Under the pieces are notes generated by a model that was not told the DNA's origin, ran no database searches, and was given only the letters and a program-made list of their open reading frames with translations. DNA of 64,000 bases from Camelus dromedarius (taxonomy: Eukaryota). Numbering within the stretch: the stretch's first letter is position 1; each line of letters opens with the position of its first letter. A program made the position numbers and the translations under genes. The stretch spans positions 39,310,001-39,374,000 of the forward strand of contig NC_087436.1 in assembly GCF_036321535.1 (NCBI RefSeq), given 5' to 3'. This document shows, piece after piece, positions 63,501-64,000 of the stretch.

Positions 63501-64000
63501 CCTAACTCTCTATAAGATGATATCATGATACAGATCTCACAGATGACTAGGCCAGGTCAGCACTAGAAATGCAGCCATCCCTTGGCTAGCCCCAGGACAT
63601 GGACCAGACTCGAGAGTCCTGTTTATAGGACAGAGTCATTAACTAGCTGATATTTCTAAGGACCCACAGTGGGCAATTTGAACATCTTTGTCTTCATCAT
63701 TGCCAGGTCCACTTTGGCAAATACAGTTCTATCTCCAGATAACTTTTAATTACTGAAGTTGAAGATACACCCTCATTTCAGTAAAAACTCTAACCAATTA
63801 TTCTATATCCTGTCTACATCAAGAAAGACATCAGTCACATGCTATCTATACCAGAAAGCACTAACAGGTTGAGCAAGTTAATTCATCAGGCTTTTAAGGA
63901 TTTCAACCCTATTTCTATAATTTAGCCCTTATCTTCACACTGAGTCTTTAATGGATATAATAACCTCATTTTATAAGCCAGTGAAAATCAAAGAATGGCT

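Overview
Mammalian genomic DNA, most likely a camelid judging from four Vic-1-like tRNA-derived SINEs. The window holds the 3' two-thirds of SEC24D (COPII cargo-adaptor subunit) on the + strand. I traced 15 GT-AG coding exons from 16113 to a TAA ending at 53842. They join in frame to 2058 nt (685 aa plus stop), matching residues ~348-1032 of human SEC24D as I recall it, and a probable polyA signal follows at 54505. The first 16 kb is a large intron whose upstream exon lies outside the window. The remainder is intronic or intergenic DNA with L1, L2, MIR, SINE and hAT remnants and microsatellites. I found no novel multi-gene system. The most notable oddities are clustered substitutions in the normally conserved SEC24D C-terminus, a CpG-dense exon patch suggestive of GC-biased gene conversion, a ~230-bp intronic duplication diverged largely by CpG decay, an internally deleted L1, a candidate poison exon, and a CTCF-like site next to a splice acceptor. 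All comparisons to human/mouse sequences and repeat consensuses are from memory and need checking by alignment.
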